In this document: in pieces, positions 25,743 to 36,480 of the stretch
How positions within the stretch are numbered: position 1 is the stretch's first letter
Layout of the letters: the number at the start of each line of letters is the position of its first letter
From: Octopus bimaculoides
Taxonomy: Eukaryota
Direction of reading: 5' to 3'
Assembly: GCF_001194135.2 (NCBI RefSeq)
Contig: NC_068984.1
Coordinates: 10,900,583-10,964,582 of the forward strand
DNA length: 64,000 bases
Notes under the pieces: generated by a model
Seen by the model: only the letters and a program-made list of their open reading frames with translations
Databases searched by the model: none
Told to the model about the DNA's origin: nothing
Made by a program: the position numbers and the translations under genes

Positions 25743-25774
<32 letters not shown>

Positions 25775-25822
25775 GGCTGATAGTTAGCAAGGTGAGACAC
25801 ACATAAGAAAGAAGGAAACAAA

Positions 25823-25867
25823 GGACCACTGATGAGGTCACAGAAGTGTGACGAAAGAACTCTGGCC
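25823..25867 (+). ncRNA. Type-I hammerhead-ribozyme-like motif (Penelope type)
   Basis: GGACCA-CUGAUGA-G-GUCACA(GAAG)UGUGAC-GAAAG-AA-CUC/-UGGCC: intact CUGAUGA and GAAA cores, 6-bp stem II, UH triplet CUC, and stem I CCA/UGG plus 2 bp. Confidence 0.7.
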
Positions 25868-26133
25868 GAAATAAGATTAAAATTAATGTAATATAAAGCT
25901 GAAGCAAATTAACACCAAATATACAGTGCGTGTGTTTTTATTGGCTAAACTGGCAATATGACCATCCCCAAGTACAACAACATATATATAGTTATTGTAT
26001 ATTCTGTTAAGAACGTAGTAGAGTACAGTATAGAGCTTGTCCACCTTCAGATTTCACCCTGTACTATCCAGTAGTAGTATTATTTGTACTTCCAGGTTTG
26101 TGTTTGGGCTTCTGTCCTGTGTGAATAGATAAC

Positions 26134-26306
26134 TGAAAAGATTTGGAGTCAACAAGAAAGAGTATGGTGGGACATTTATTTTCAATTACTACAATTATTT
26201 CTACACAATGTAGTTCTCCAAACATAGTTCTATGTTGCGTAGAAATAATTGTAGTGATTGAAAATAAATGTCCAACCATACTCCTTGATGACTCCAAATT
26301 TTTTCA
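26134..26306. repeat. About 170-bp hairpin (inverted repeat)
   Basis: Arms of about 75 bp: tgaaaagatttggagtca...atttctacacaatgtag / ctatgttgcgtagaaat...tgactccaaattttttca. Confidence 0.85.
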
Positions 26307-26378
<72 letters not shown>

Positions 26379-26399
26379 CATACACACACACACATATAT

Positions 26400-26790
26400 A
26401 GGTATAGGAGTGGCTGTGTGGTAAGTAGGTTGCTTACTAACTACATGGTTCCAGGTTCAGCCCCACTGTGTGGCACCTTTGGCATGTGCCTTCTACTATA
26501 GCCTCGGGCCGACCAAAGCCTTGTGAGTGGATTTGGTAGATGGAAGCTGAAAGAAGCCCATCGTGTATATATATATATATATGTGTGTGTGTCTGTCTGT
26601 GTTTGTCCCCCCCTACATCGCTTGACTACTGATGGTGGCGTGTTTGCGTCTCCATAACTTAGCGTTTCGGCAAAAGAGACCAATAGAATAAGTACTAGGC
26701 TTACAAAGAATAAATCCTGGGGTCAATTTGCTCCAATAAAGCAATGCTCCAGCATGGCTACAGTCAAATAACTGAAACAAGTAAAAGAGT
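26400..26790 (+). mobile_element. Family A SINE, full length, young
   Basis: Complete head, core and tail. Confidence 0.9.
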
Positions 26791-26799
26791 ATATGTATG

Positions 26800-26841
<42 letters not shown>

Positions 26842-27025
26842 AAATGTAAATACTGACAAAATGTTGCTAAGCATTTTATCCAGCATGCTAATAAATCTGG
26901 CAGGTCACCGCCTCCTTTTTATCCTTTCAGAGTCAATAGAATAAATATCAGTAAAGCACTAGGGTGAATGTCATTGACCAATTTCCTCCACCAAAATTTT
27001 GATCCATGTGCCTACTTTAGAAAGG

Positions 27026-27195
27026 AATTGTACCTGTACTTCAAAGGGACAGCTTTGACACATTCTGTGTCATACTGCATTAAGGCTACATGTGTCTGTG
27101 GAGTACTCAACCACTTGCATGTTAATTTCATGAGTAGGCTGTTCAGTTGATCAGATCAACTGGAAACCCTCATCATCGTAACTGACAGAGTGTCA
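27026..27195 (+). mobile_element. Family B SINE, 3' half
   Basis: 'gtctgtggagtactcaaccacttgcatgttaatttcatgag...gatcaactggaaaccc'. Confidence 0.75.
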
Positions 27196-27196
27196 A

Positions 27197-27231
<35 letters not shown>

Positions 27232-27817
27232 NNNNNNNNNNNNNNNNNNNNNNNNNNNNNNNNNNNNNNNNNNNNNNNNNNNNNNNNNNNNNNNNNNNNN
27301 NNNNNNNNNNNNNNNNNNNNNNNNNNNNNNNNNNNNNNNNNNNNNNNNNNNNNNNNNNNNNNNNNNNNNNNNNNNNNNNNNNNNNNNNNNNNNNNNNNNN
27401 NNNNNNNNNNNNNNNNNNNNNNNNNNNNNNNNNNNNNNNNNNNNNNNNNNNNNNNNNNNNNNNNNNNNNNNNNNNNNNNNNNNNNNNNNNNNNNNNNNNN
27501 NNNNNNNNNNNNNNNNNNNNNNNNNNNNNNNNNNNNNNNNNNNNNNNNNNNNNNNNNNNNNNNNNNNNNNNNNNNNNNNNNNNNNNNNNNNNNNNNNNNN
27601 NNNNNNNNNNNNNNNNNNNNNNNNNNNNNNNNNNNNNNNNNNNNNNNNNNNNNNNNNNNNNNNNNNNNNNNNNNNNNNNNNNNNNNNNNNNNNNNNNNNN
27701 NNNNNNNNNNNNNNNNNNNNNNNNNNNNNNNNNNNNNNNNNNNNNNNNNNNNNNNNNNNNNNNNNNNNNNNNNNNNNATATATATATATATATATATAAT
27801 ATATATATGTATGTATG

Positions 27818-28068
27818 TACATTAAAAATGGGGAAGGCCAGTTTATGGGATTACCTTACATGTTTCCCGTCCATGAAGGGTTTTGCTTTATGGCGTATCA
27901 TCAGATTCGAAAAACCTGTTGGCCTATGACCTCTTGAAAATTATTTTTGAGAGGTCATGGGCCAAAAGATTTTGGGGATCCGACAATACACCATAAAGCT
28001 AAACCCTCATGGACGGGAAACCTGTAAGGTAATCCCATAAACTGACCTTCCCTGTCTTTAATATATAC
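27818..28068. mobile_element. About 250-bp fold-back element with almost no loop
   Basis: gggaaggccagtttatgggattaccttacatgtttcccgtccatg... / ...catggacgggaaacctgtaaggtaatcccataaactgaccttccc, with centre tgacctcttgaaaattatttttgagaggtca. Confidence 0.88.
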
Positions 28069-30120
28069 TGCTCTACATTTTAGAGTGTGCTTCTTTCGGA
28101 TTTATGTTTTTTACAAACTATATATATAATCAGTCTGTATAAATAATGTATATGTTGAAAGCCTTCTAGACTGCTATTCGTCTTGAGAAAGTATGCCTTA
28201 TAAACATACAGTGTTAAAAACGTAGAAAAATATCAGCAGCAGGCAAAAGTCATGCAGCATTGGGGGTAAAATTGCTGAATCTAGATTTCTGCTTATTAGC
28301 TTCAGCGGCAGCAAATATCCATGTCACTTCATGTTAAGAAAACATCAGCTGCTTTCTATATCTGAGACTGCAAGTCAAGAACTGCACTTCAAAAGTTATT
28401 CTTCATGGTTTTCTGTAGCTTCTCTCCATAATCTGCATGACTCAAGAATACCAAATAACACGTTTACAAGTATGACTTCTTCTAATTTAAGACGGTAGAT
28501 TATGATTTGAAAGTAATTTGGCTGCTATGTCTAACAGGTTGTGGACTCATGCAAAGGCTTTCTTTTGTTTTCTCAAAGTGAACTTTATTGTATTTGTGTA
28601 TCCACAGCTCAGTCATGGCTAAACAAAACTATGATGAAATGTGTTCCAGTTGTGACAATTATGTCTTTTGTATTTCAAGAACTATTGTTCATTATAACCT
28701 TTATCTAAAATGATAGAGTGTGATTTATTAGAGTTTGGGCTGTTATTTTTAGCTGGCTGAATGACTATATGTGTTTGGCAACTACTCTTTCTCAGATCTG
28801 TGAGCAGTACTACACTGTGATATATGTTTTGTAAAATAATTATAAGCAGTTCAGAGCCAAACTATTTCCTGGTTGTGAAAACAGACCAGGAATTTCTTTG
28901 GTATTATGATGTAGCCAGCCTAAATGATGAAACACAGCTATAATTTGCTTGGCAGTAGCAGAAATATTCCCAATAAAACATTATAATATTCTTGCTGTAA
29001 TACAAACAGTTTTTTAGCTATCTAAATTACTTCCTAAAATTTACTAGTGTTAAGGAGATTTAAGGTGTTTGCAAGTTATAACAAAAATTATACATAATTT
29101 TCTTCTATTTCCTACACATCAACAGAGAATATACCTCTTCCCATCTTATTGGTGCAATAATTCAATAGTGTTTAAAACAGCATATGTTTTGAGGTTGAAA
29201 GTACATCAGTAATACAATAAAAAAAAATTAATAAAAAGTTACATATTAATAAAAAGTCATGTGTGCATAATATGTTGTGAGAATGTACATAAATATTTTT
29301 GTTTTACCAAGTCAGTTGACTAATATGTTGTAGAAACTGTTCACATATATTTTCATGTTTGTAAAATTAAATGTCTTCTAGCAAATAATGGTCAGTAGTT
29401 CAGAAAAAAGTTGTTTATTTAATCTGGTGAACTTTTGCAATCAGCAAATGATTTCTCATTCACTTGGTCGTTTTTATGACTTAAGACAGCTGATTTTGTT
29501 CTGTTGAGGCTAAGCAAAAAGAAAGCAAACTACAAACTAAAGAGAGAAAATATAATGAAACAGACAGCTTCTTCTGTAAAGTAAAAACCAGGAAAAAAAA
29601 GAGGAAATAGTTTGACTTCTGTTAAAATGGCAAAGATGGCCAACATATTACTTGTCACTGATTGGCTGATATAACACATGCAAAAAAGGATAAAACACTA
29701 CAATATAACTTAAAAATGAGGTTGCTACAAGTGCTTTCCTCAGTATTTCCAAACAACATTATATCAAAATATCATTATCCTTTTAATATCTTTTTTTTAA
29801 ATATATTTTTATATCTTATGAAATATGAAAATATTTCATTTTTTATTACTTCTTCCATTTATAGACTATTTCATATGTCTCGTCTCATACATTTTGCTCA
29901 AGATATATTTTTGAATAAATTTTTTGATATACTTTCTAAGATACATTTTATTTCATTTTTGTATATTTTTGATATTTTTTTTTTATATATCTTTACTTTA
30001 TTTTATGACCTGTTTTAGATATCTTATACATAATCTGAGTGAATTGTTTGTTTATATTTGCAAGCAAGTTTTATTATCAATCCTTATTCTTTACTCTTAT
30101 TTCTCATTGTTTCTAATCAG

Positions 30121-30203
30121 TCATGATACAGAAACTACCGATTGGATTGACCCTCGGCTCTCACATTTACACAAGTCACAAACAGAAGACTATAGTGATG
30201 ATG
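30121..30203 (+). CDS. MAGI: Internal coding exon: C-terminal half of a WW domain, most likely WW1 of a MAGI-family scaffold (membrane-associated guanylate kinase, inverted)
   Basis: Acceptor 'ttctcattgtttctaatcag|' and donor '|gtaagt'; 83 nt, phase 2 to phase 1. It encodes (D)HDTETTDWIDPRLSHLHKSQTEDYSDD(E/G), which parallels MAGI WW1 'DHNTKTTSWLDPRL..K...EEC.EDELPYGWE'. The acidic linker fits MAGI better than Nedd4, Yki or Kibra. Confidence 0.82.
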
Positions 30204-30328
30204 GTAAGTTTAATTTTATGTTATACATACCTGACTCCGACTGAGGAGTGGTGGTAGCCATAATGAAACCACTTAAAAACCAAAAGAAACAAAAATGTTC
30301 CACAAAGTTTCTTTAACTCTCTCCACAG

Positions 30329-30513
30329 GTATCACAACAATAAAATTGATAGCAACTTCTGGGTCCAATAGTGGCAGCAATGATATAATAGAAAACTTGA
30401 AAACAAACACTCTCAGCATTGATTCATGTGATGATTGTCATCACTACCATCATCATCGTCATCGTCATCATCACCATCATCATTGTTGTCATTCACAGAT
30501 CTCACAAAGCTAA
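30329..30513 (+). CDS. Candidate alternative terminal exon (His-rich tail), in frame with the WW exon
   Basis: Acceptor 'ctttaactctctccacag|gt' 125 nt after the donor; continues GITTIKLIATSGSNSGSNDIIENLKTNTLSIDSCDDCHHYHHHRHRHHHHHHCCHSQISQS*. No expression evidence. Confidence 0.3.
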
Positions 30514-31049
30514 ATGTTTGTGCTTGTCTGTCCACTGCTTCATCTAAACTTCGCAGAAGGATTTGTAGAATAGTTTGTTAAGTTCACTTTCAATGAGGAG
30601 TGAAGAATCTTCCTTCACTCCCCCTCTCCTTGCTAACTGAACTTATTTAACTATTCTAAGAATTCTCTTGCAAACTAATTGATATTGATGCAGACAATAA
30701 CCATCTTCCTTGGATTTTACCTTTTATTTTTCTCAATTTGGAAGGAATACTGACTTTTATTGGACATGAATCCCATTACATCAGTCATTTTCAGTGTTTG
30801 TTCTGTTACTGTTCACTACTTAGAGAACATAAATTTACAGTAAATTTAGTTGCTTTCTTCATTTTTTGCACTTGTGGAACTATATGTAGCTTTAGAAAAC
30901 ATCTTTTTTTTTTCACTTAAATAATACATAACTGAATTCCTGAAATAAGTTATTACTTGTATAAAAGCATTAATCATACTATTTGATCATTTATATTTAT
31001 ATTCATGTTTTAATCAGTATATTCTTAGATTTTCTTCAGATGTTTTATA

Positions 31050-31084
<35 letters not shown>

Positions 31085-31664
31085 TCCAAAATGTAGCTAC
31101 ACGTGGATATATATATNNNNNNNNNNCATTCCAAAATGTAACAACATGTGAATTGTTGGCATTTTTTTTTTTTTTTTTCCTTCTTCCATCTTCCCTTTCT
31201 TTTGGATTTTCTTCTGTCTCCTGTTTCTGAAGAAGAGCTTTGTTCAAAATGTAAAACACCTTTTCTTTCCTTCCCTAAGCATCTTATTAATACTTGCATG
31301 TGCCATGTCCTCGCATTCTTGTTTTTTTGTGTTTGTTCTTCGTCTTTTTTCTCCATTTTTTTTTATTAATTATGTATGTATGTATAAAAGTAAGCTAAAA
31401 TTATAGGGTTATAAAAAAGAAATTTAGTTGGGTCAGATTTTGTTTTATACCTGAATGTCCTTCATGTTGCCAACTCTTACCTGTTTCCAAGCAAGGTTAA
31501 TATTTCTCCATGATTGGACATGCTTGTGGAGAAAATCGGAAGCAAATAACACCACTTGAGGGTGATATCCATTTCATTTACAACTGTCACACAGTGTCAA
31601 GACAAGAAGACACACACACACACACAGACACACACACACACACACAAACACTTATATGTGTGTG

Positions 31665-31830
31665 TATGTACGGTGGGCTTCTTTCAATTTCCATCTACCA
31701 AATCTTCTCACAAGACTTTGGTTGGCCCAGGGCTAAAGCAGAAGGTACTTGCCAAAGATGTCTCATAGTGGATTGAATCCATAACCATAAGGTTGTAAAG
31801 CAAACTTCTTAACCACATGGCTACACCTAT
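31665..31830 (-). mobile_element. Family A SINE, 5' half
   Basis: Reverse complement of the family A head. Confidence 0.75.
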
Positions 31831-32574
31831 GTCTGTAGCCATATTTTGTAATAATTCCTAGCATAGGCATAAGGCCTCACATTTAGGGATTGTCCAGAGT
31901 TGATTAGATCAAGCCCAGTATTTTACTGGTGCTCTATTTTATCAATAAAATCACAGCTGACTCACAGTTGACTTAGACAAGATTTGAACACAGAACCTAA
32001 AGGGATGCAACCAAATACTGTAATGTATTTTACCTGTTGCCTTACTGATTCTACTACCATTTTGTAGTATTAACTACTCTCATCAGTATTTGGAAGATGG
32101 CAATAAATTTTAACAAAATCCTTTGAGTTGTGGTTTATATTTAGTTCGGAAAAATCTCTGGAAAATTATGAATAAATTTTGATCCAGTTGGTCTACTTCC
32201 AAATTTATAGGGTAATATAACCAATTTGATCACTTTAAAAAAAAAAAAAAAAATTTCATTTTTATTTTCTAAATATTTTAAATATTTCAATCGTTCAAAT
32301 ATTTTCTCTTGATAATAATATAAACACGTAATACTTTTTATCTGATAAGCAAGATCACCATGTCACAAACAAATTCTGTTATGCATAGCTTTGTTTTTCT
32401 TTTTAGGTTATTCATTTTTCTTTTCTTTTTTTTCTTTGTTAGAGATGTATGGAAATTTATGTATTAATCTATAGGAAAGTCCGTTCTACACACACATATA
32501 CACACATAAATACTGAACAACAACACAACTAACCAATCAATAAACTACACTATTAGAATGCATAAATAATATCT

Positions 32575-32806
32575 ATTTCTTTATTGCCCACAGAGGGCTA
32601 AACATAGAGGGGACAAACAAGGACAGACAAAGAGATTAAGTTGATTACATCGACTCCAGTGTGTAACCGGTACTTATTTAATCGACCCCGAAAGGATGAA
32701 AGGCAAAGTTGACCTCAGCGGAATTTGAACTCAGAGCATAATGGCAGATGAAATACCACTCAGCATTTCACCCGGCGTACTAACAATTCTGCCAGCTCGT
32801 TGCCTT
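32575..32806 (-). mobile_element. Family C tRNA-derived SINE (long-tail form)
   Basis: Reverse complement has 'gagctggcagaattgttag...gagttcaaattccgc' and the central 'gtcaactttgcctttcatcctttcggggtcgattaaataagtacc' domain, which resembles the Deu/Nin SINE domain (from memory). Confidence 0.85.
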
Positions 32807-32964
32807 AATGCATAAATAATATTAGCAGATATGGGGAGGTTAAAGGGAAAAAGTTTTTCTTTTCTTTCTCTAAAGGAAAAATTGAAAAAGATCTTTTTTC
32901 TGTTCAAAATTGATTCTTTAACTCATATGTATGTAAAAGCCAACTTTGAATAAATTCGAAATTT

Positions 32965-33110
32965 TTCGATTCCGTCTACCAAATCCACCCACAAGGCTTT
33001 GGTCGGCCCGAGGTTATAGTAGAAGACAATTGCTCGAGGTGCCATGCAGTGGGACTGAACCCAGAACCACCTGGTTGGTAAGCAAGCTACTTATCACACA
33101 GCCACTCCTA
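32965..33110 (-). mobile_element. Family A SINE, 5' half
   Basis: Reverse complement of the family A head. Confidence 0.8.
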
Positions 33111-33657
33111 CAAACTCAAAAATATGATGGCCATGACTGTGATAGATAATAGGTCTACTCAATCGAAGCTGACCAGGGGTTAAACAACAACAACAACAAT
33201 AGCAATGTCATGTCCCCACACACACACACCCATCATATATCACCACCACCACTACATAACTGCTGCTGCCATAGATCTATCAGTGGTAGTTTTAATGTTG
33301 TAGGCTTTTCAGTAGACATCCACCAACTGCTACTTTCTCATACCATCACTGCTGATACCACTACCCTCAGTACTACATCCCCACCTCCTCCCTATTTCTT
33401 TTAATGCAACCTCCTCAACCCGTTTCCTGTACTTTCCTAATTACAATCTTTATTGTTACGTTATTCACTTTAATTCTGTTAATTAATTAATTAATTATTA
33501 TAATGATTATCATTCCACCTGTTGTTTGTCTGTTTTATAGTCTGAGAAATTCTGTTAATTACTTTACTAACATTTCATACTTAATACTCATAAGCTAACA
33601 CAGTCCAGTTTAGTTTACCATTTTAAAAATAAGTTGCTGGCATAAGTTAGCTAAAAT

Positions 33658-34080
33658 TTATCGTTCGTCGTTTAATGTCCGCTTTTCATACTGGCATGGG
33701 TTGGACGATTTGACTGAGGACTGGTGAGCCAGAAGGCTGCACCAGACTCAATCTGATCTGGCAATGTTTCTACAGCTGGATGCCCTTCCTAATACCAACC
33801 ACTTGACTGGCCCTCGTGCCGATGGCACGTAAAAGCACCCACTACACTCTTTGTACTCCAAGAGTGTAGTGGGTGCTTTTACGTGCCATCGGCACGAGGG
33901 CCAGTCAAGTGGTTCTGGCAACGACCACACTCAAAAGGTGTTTTTTACGTGCTACCTGCATGGGAGCCAGTCCAGTGGCACTTGCAACAACCAGGCTTGA
34001 ATGTTGTTTTTCATGTGCTGGTAAGGTGACACTTGCAACGATCATGCTCGAACAGTGCTTTTTATGTGCCACCAGCATGA
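33658..34080 (-). mobile_element. RTE-LINE 3' UTR copy containing an inverted duplication
   Basis: Shared RTE tail; perfect 55-bp inverted repeat at 33797-33914. Confidence 0.85.
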
Positions 34081-34086
34081 TGATGA

Positions 34087-34124
<38 letters not shown>

Positions 34125-34127
<3 letters not shown>

Positions 34128-34285
34128 GGGCTTCTTTCAGCTTCTGCCTACCAGATCCACTCGCAAAGTTTTGGTCAGCCCAAGGCTATAGCAGAAGACA
34201 CTTGCCCAAGGTGCCACACAGTGGACTGAACCTGGAACCATGTGGCTCGGAAGCAAGCTTCTTACCACAGAGCCACTCCTGTGCC
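34125..34285 (-). mobile_element. Family A SINE, 5' half
   Basis: Reverse complement of the family A head. Confidence 0.8.
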
Positions 34286-34341
<56 letters not shown>

Positions 34342-34726
34342 ATAAAATCAACATGATGATCATCATCATCATTTAACATCCACTTTTTCGTGCTCACATG
34401 AGTCAGATGGAATTTGTTGATGCAGATTTTATGCAACTGTATGCCTTTCCTGCTGTCAACCCTCACCTGTTTCCAAGTAGGGAAATACAGTAAGATACGT
34501 AACAACTGATACAATTAAGTTTGGAGCTATTTGATTTAATTTTCAATCTTGCCAATATCTTCAGGTGTTCTTCTTAAAGAAATTACAAGACTGAAACTTA
34601 AGTCGAATAATTCCAAATTTAATTGTGCCATGTGTTATATATTTTTTGTTGTGTTGTATTAATCTACTGTTGTATTGGACGCTATATAACTTGATTACTT
34701 ATTTTTAAATCATTAAGAAGAAGCTA

Positions 34727-34779
<53 letters not shown>

Positions 34780-35579
34780 TGCATTTACTGGTAATGTCAA
34801 TGTTCTTGGGTTGCTGCTAGTTTACAGCTGCAGGTGAAACTGCATCAAATGCAAAAACGATGCCAAGTTAGGTGTCCTGTAAGAATGGTAAAACTATTTG
34901 GCTCCAGCCTGCAATGTCATCAGTTTCAAATCCTGCTATAACCATTGATGTTTTATACACTAACAGAGTACCCTGGGTATTAAAACAGGGTGTGTTGAAC
35001 ATAAGGTAGACGTGAAGATAAGATAAGATGTTTAAATGATAAGTGTTGGATGCTGATAAATAGTGAAGAAAATGACAAAGAGATAGAAAACTTTGTTGAA
35101 GTATATGAGTAAGATGCTAAATATCTGCTTCTTGTCTTCGTTAAGTTCTGACTCAGAATTTACAGGTATAATCAAGGTGAAAAATAAATACCCCACTCCT
35201 ACTTCATAGTTGTTATTGTTGTCTAGTCCCAGGTCAGCCCTAGTCAAAGGTGTTCCATTTGTAATCAACATTTCAATTTCATATAATGTCCAGTGCATTC
35301 TTTATTTAAGGTGCTTGGGTGTAATTTGCGGGAAGTTTAACTACCATTTCAAGCATGTTGTGTTATGTGTAGGCTCCCTCCTTGACTTTAACTCCTCTTC
35401 ACAAATGTGTGATTAGGAGTAGGAAAGACAATTATCCCCTTTGATACCAATCCATTTGAGACCACCCCTACTGCTATGATACAAATTTCATGTTAATTTA
35501 TGTTCTAAACACTGTCAATATTGACAGTGTATTTCAACAGGAATTTGGTAACGAAAGGTTTTAATATTCAAATCAGCAC

Positions 35580-35812
35580 AGCTTATTTCACTGGGTATGA
35601 TGGAAAGTGTCAGCTGTCCACAGCCAGCAGACTAAGGTGACACTTGTTCACTGGTCATGCTTCAAGAACGCTGCGAAGAATTCTTGCAGTTCCAAGCAAT
35701 TCTGATTTTTGTTGATGCTCTACCTTCACACTTGCACCAATCTTTTTCAGCCATGTTGGTAGTTGAGTGCTGATACTTCCAAGTGCACCAATTACTATTG
35801 GTATCACATCCT
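35580..35812 (-). mobile_element. 3' end of an R4/Dong-clade (REL-endonuclease) non-LTR retrotransposon
   Basis: The open frame at 35655-35810 (-) is DVIPIVIGALGSISTQLPTWLKKIGASVKVEHQQKSELLGTARILRSVLEA*, matching the 'PVVIGALG...LQKxxLLGTARILR' C-terminus of R4/Dong proteins. Its 5' junction abuts (TAA)n. Confidence 0.8.
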
Positions 35813-35814
35813 GC

Positions 35815-35860
<46 letters not shown>

Positions 35861-35861
35861 G

Positions 35862-36073
35862 CAAGCTGTGAGAATTGTTAGCACACCAGGCAAAATGTCT
35901 AATAGCATTTCATCTGACCTTATATTCTGATTTCAAATTCCACCAAGATAGATTTCGTCTTTCACCCTTTTGGTGTTTGATAAAATAAGTATCAGTTGAG
36001 TATTGGAGTCAGTGTAATCGACTATCCCCACCTTCCCCAAAATTTCAGGCCTTGTGCCTATAGTAGAAAGAAG

Positions 36074-36075
<2 letters not shown>
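35862..36075 (+). mobile_element. Family C SINE (short-tail form)
   Basis: C central domain and tail 'ggccttgtgcctatagtagaaag' followed by (ATT)n. Confidence 0.8.
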
Positions 36076-36116
<41 letters not shown>

Positions 36117-36242
36117 TCATATATGCACAACAGATTAGACCGTTGGAAAAATAATTCCTACCATCAGGCTACAAACAAATAACCTTAGATGCCATGAACC
36201 TTCCTAAGTATCCTAGCCGTCTTAAGGATTATTATTATTATT

Positions 36243-36480
36243 ATTGAGTGAGAGAGCAATGCATGCCATCAAAGTGACATTAGGGTAAAATATACAAAGC
36301 CCAGTATACTCATCGTGACTACCCGTCTGATAAGGGTACACCAGGCACATGCATCACAACCATATGTGCACAACATGGTGATCTCATATCAAGATAAACA
36401 GCGCATGGCCTTGCAGGTGGGGCCCAGTTAGAATTTTCTTCAGGTCGAGTAGCTCATCCCGCTCAAAAGGTCCCTAAATA
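36243..36480. mobile_element. About 240-bp unclassified element embedded in a (TAT)n microsatellite
   Basis: GC-richer block flanked on both sides by (TAT)n; no ORF. Confidence 0.55.

Noticed and set aside
27190-27825. Long ORFs made of X residues (also 14320-14876, 49118-49552, 58862-59341)
   Set aside because: Artefacts of N gaps read through without stops.
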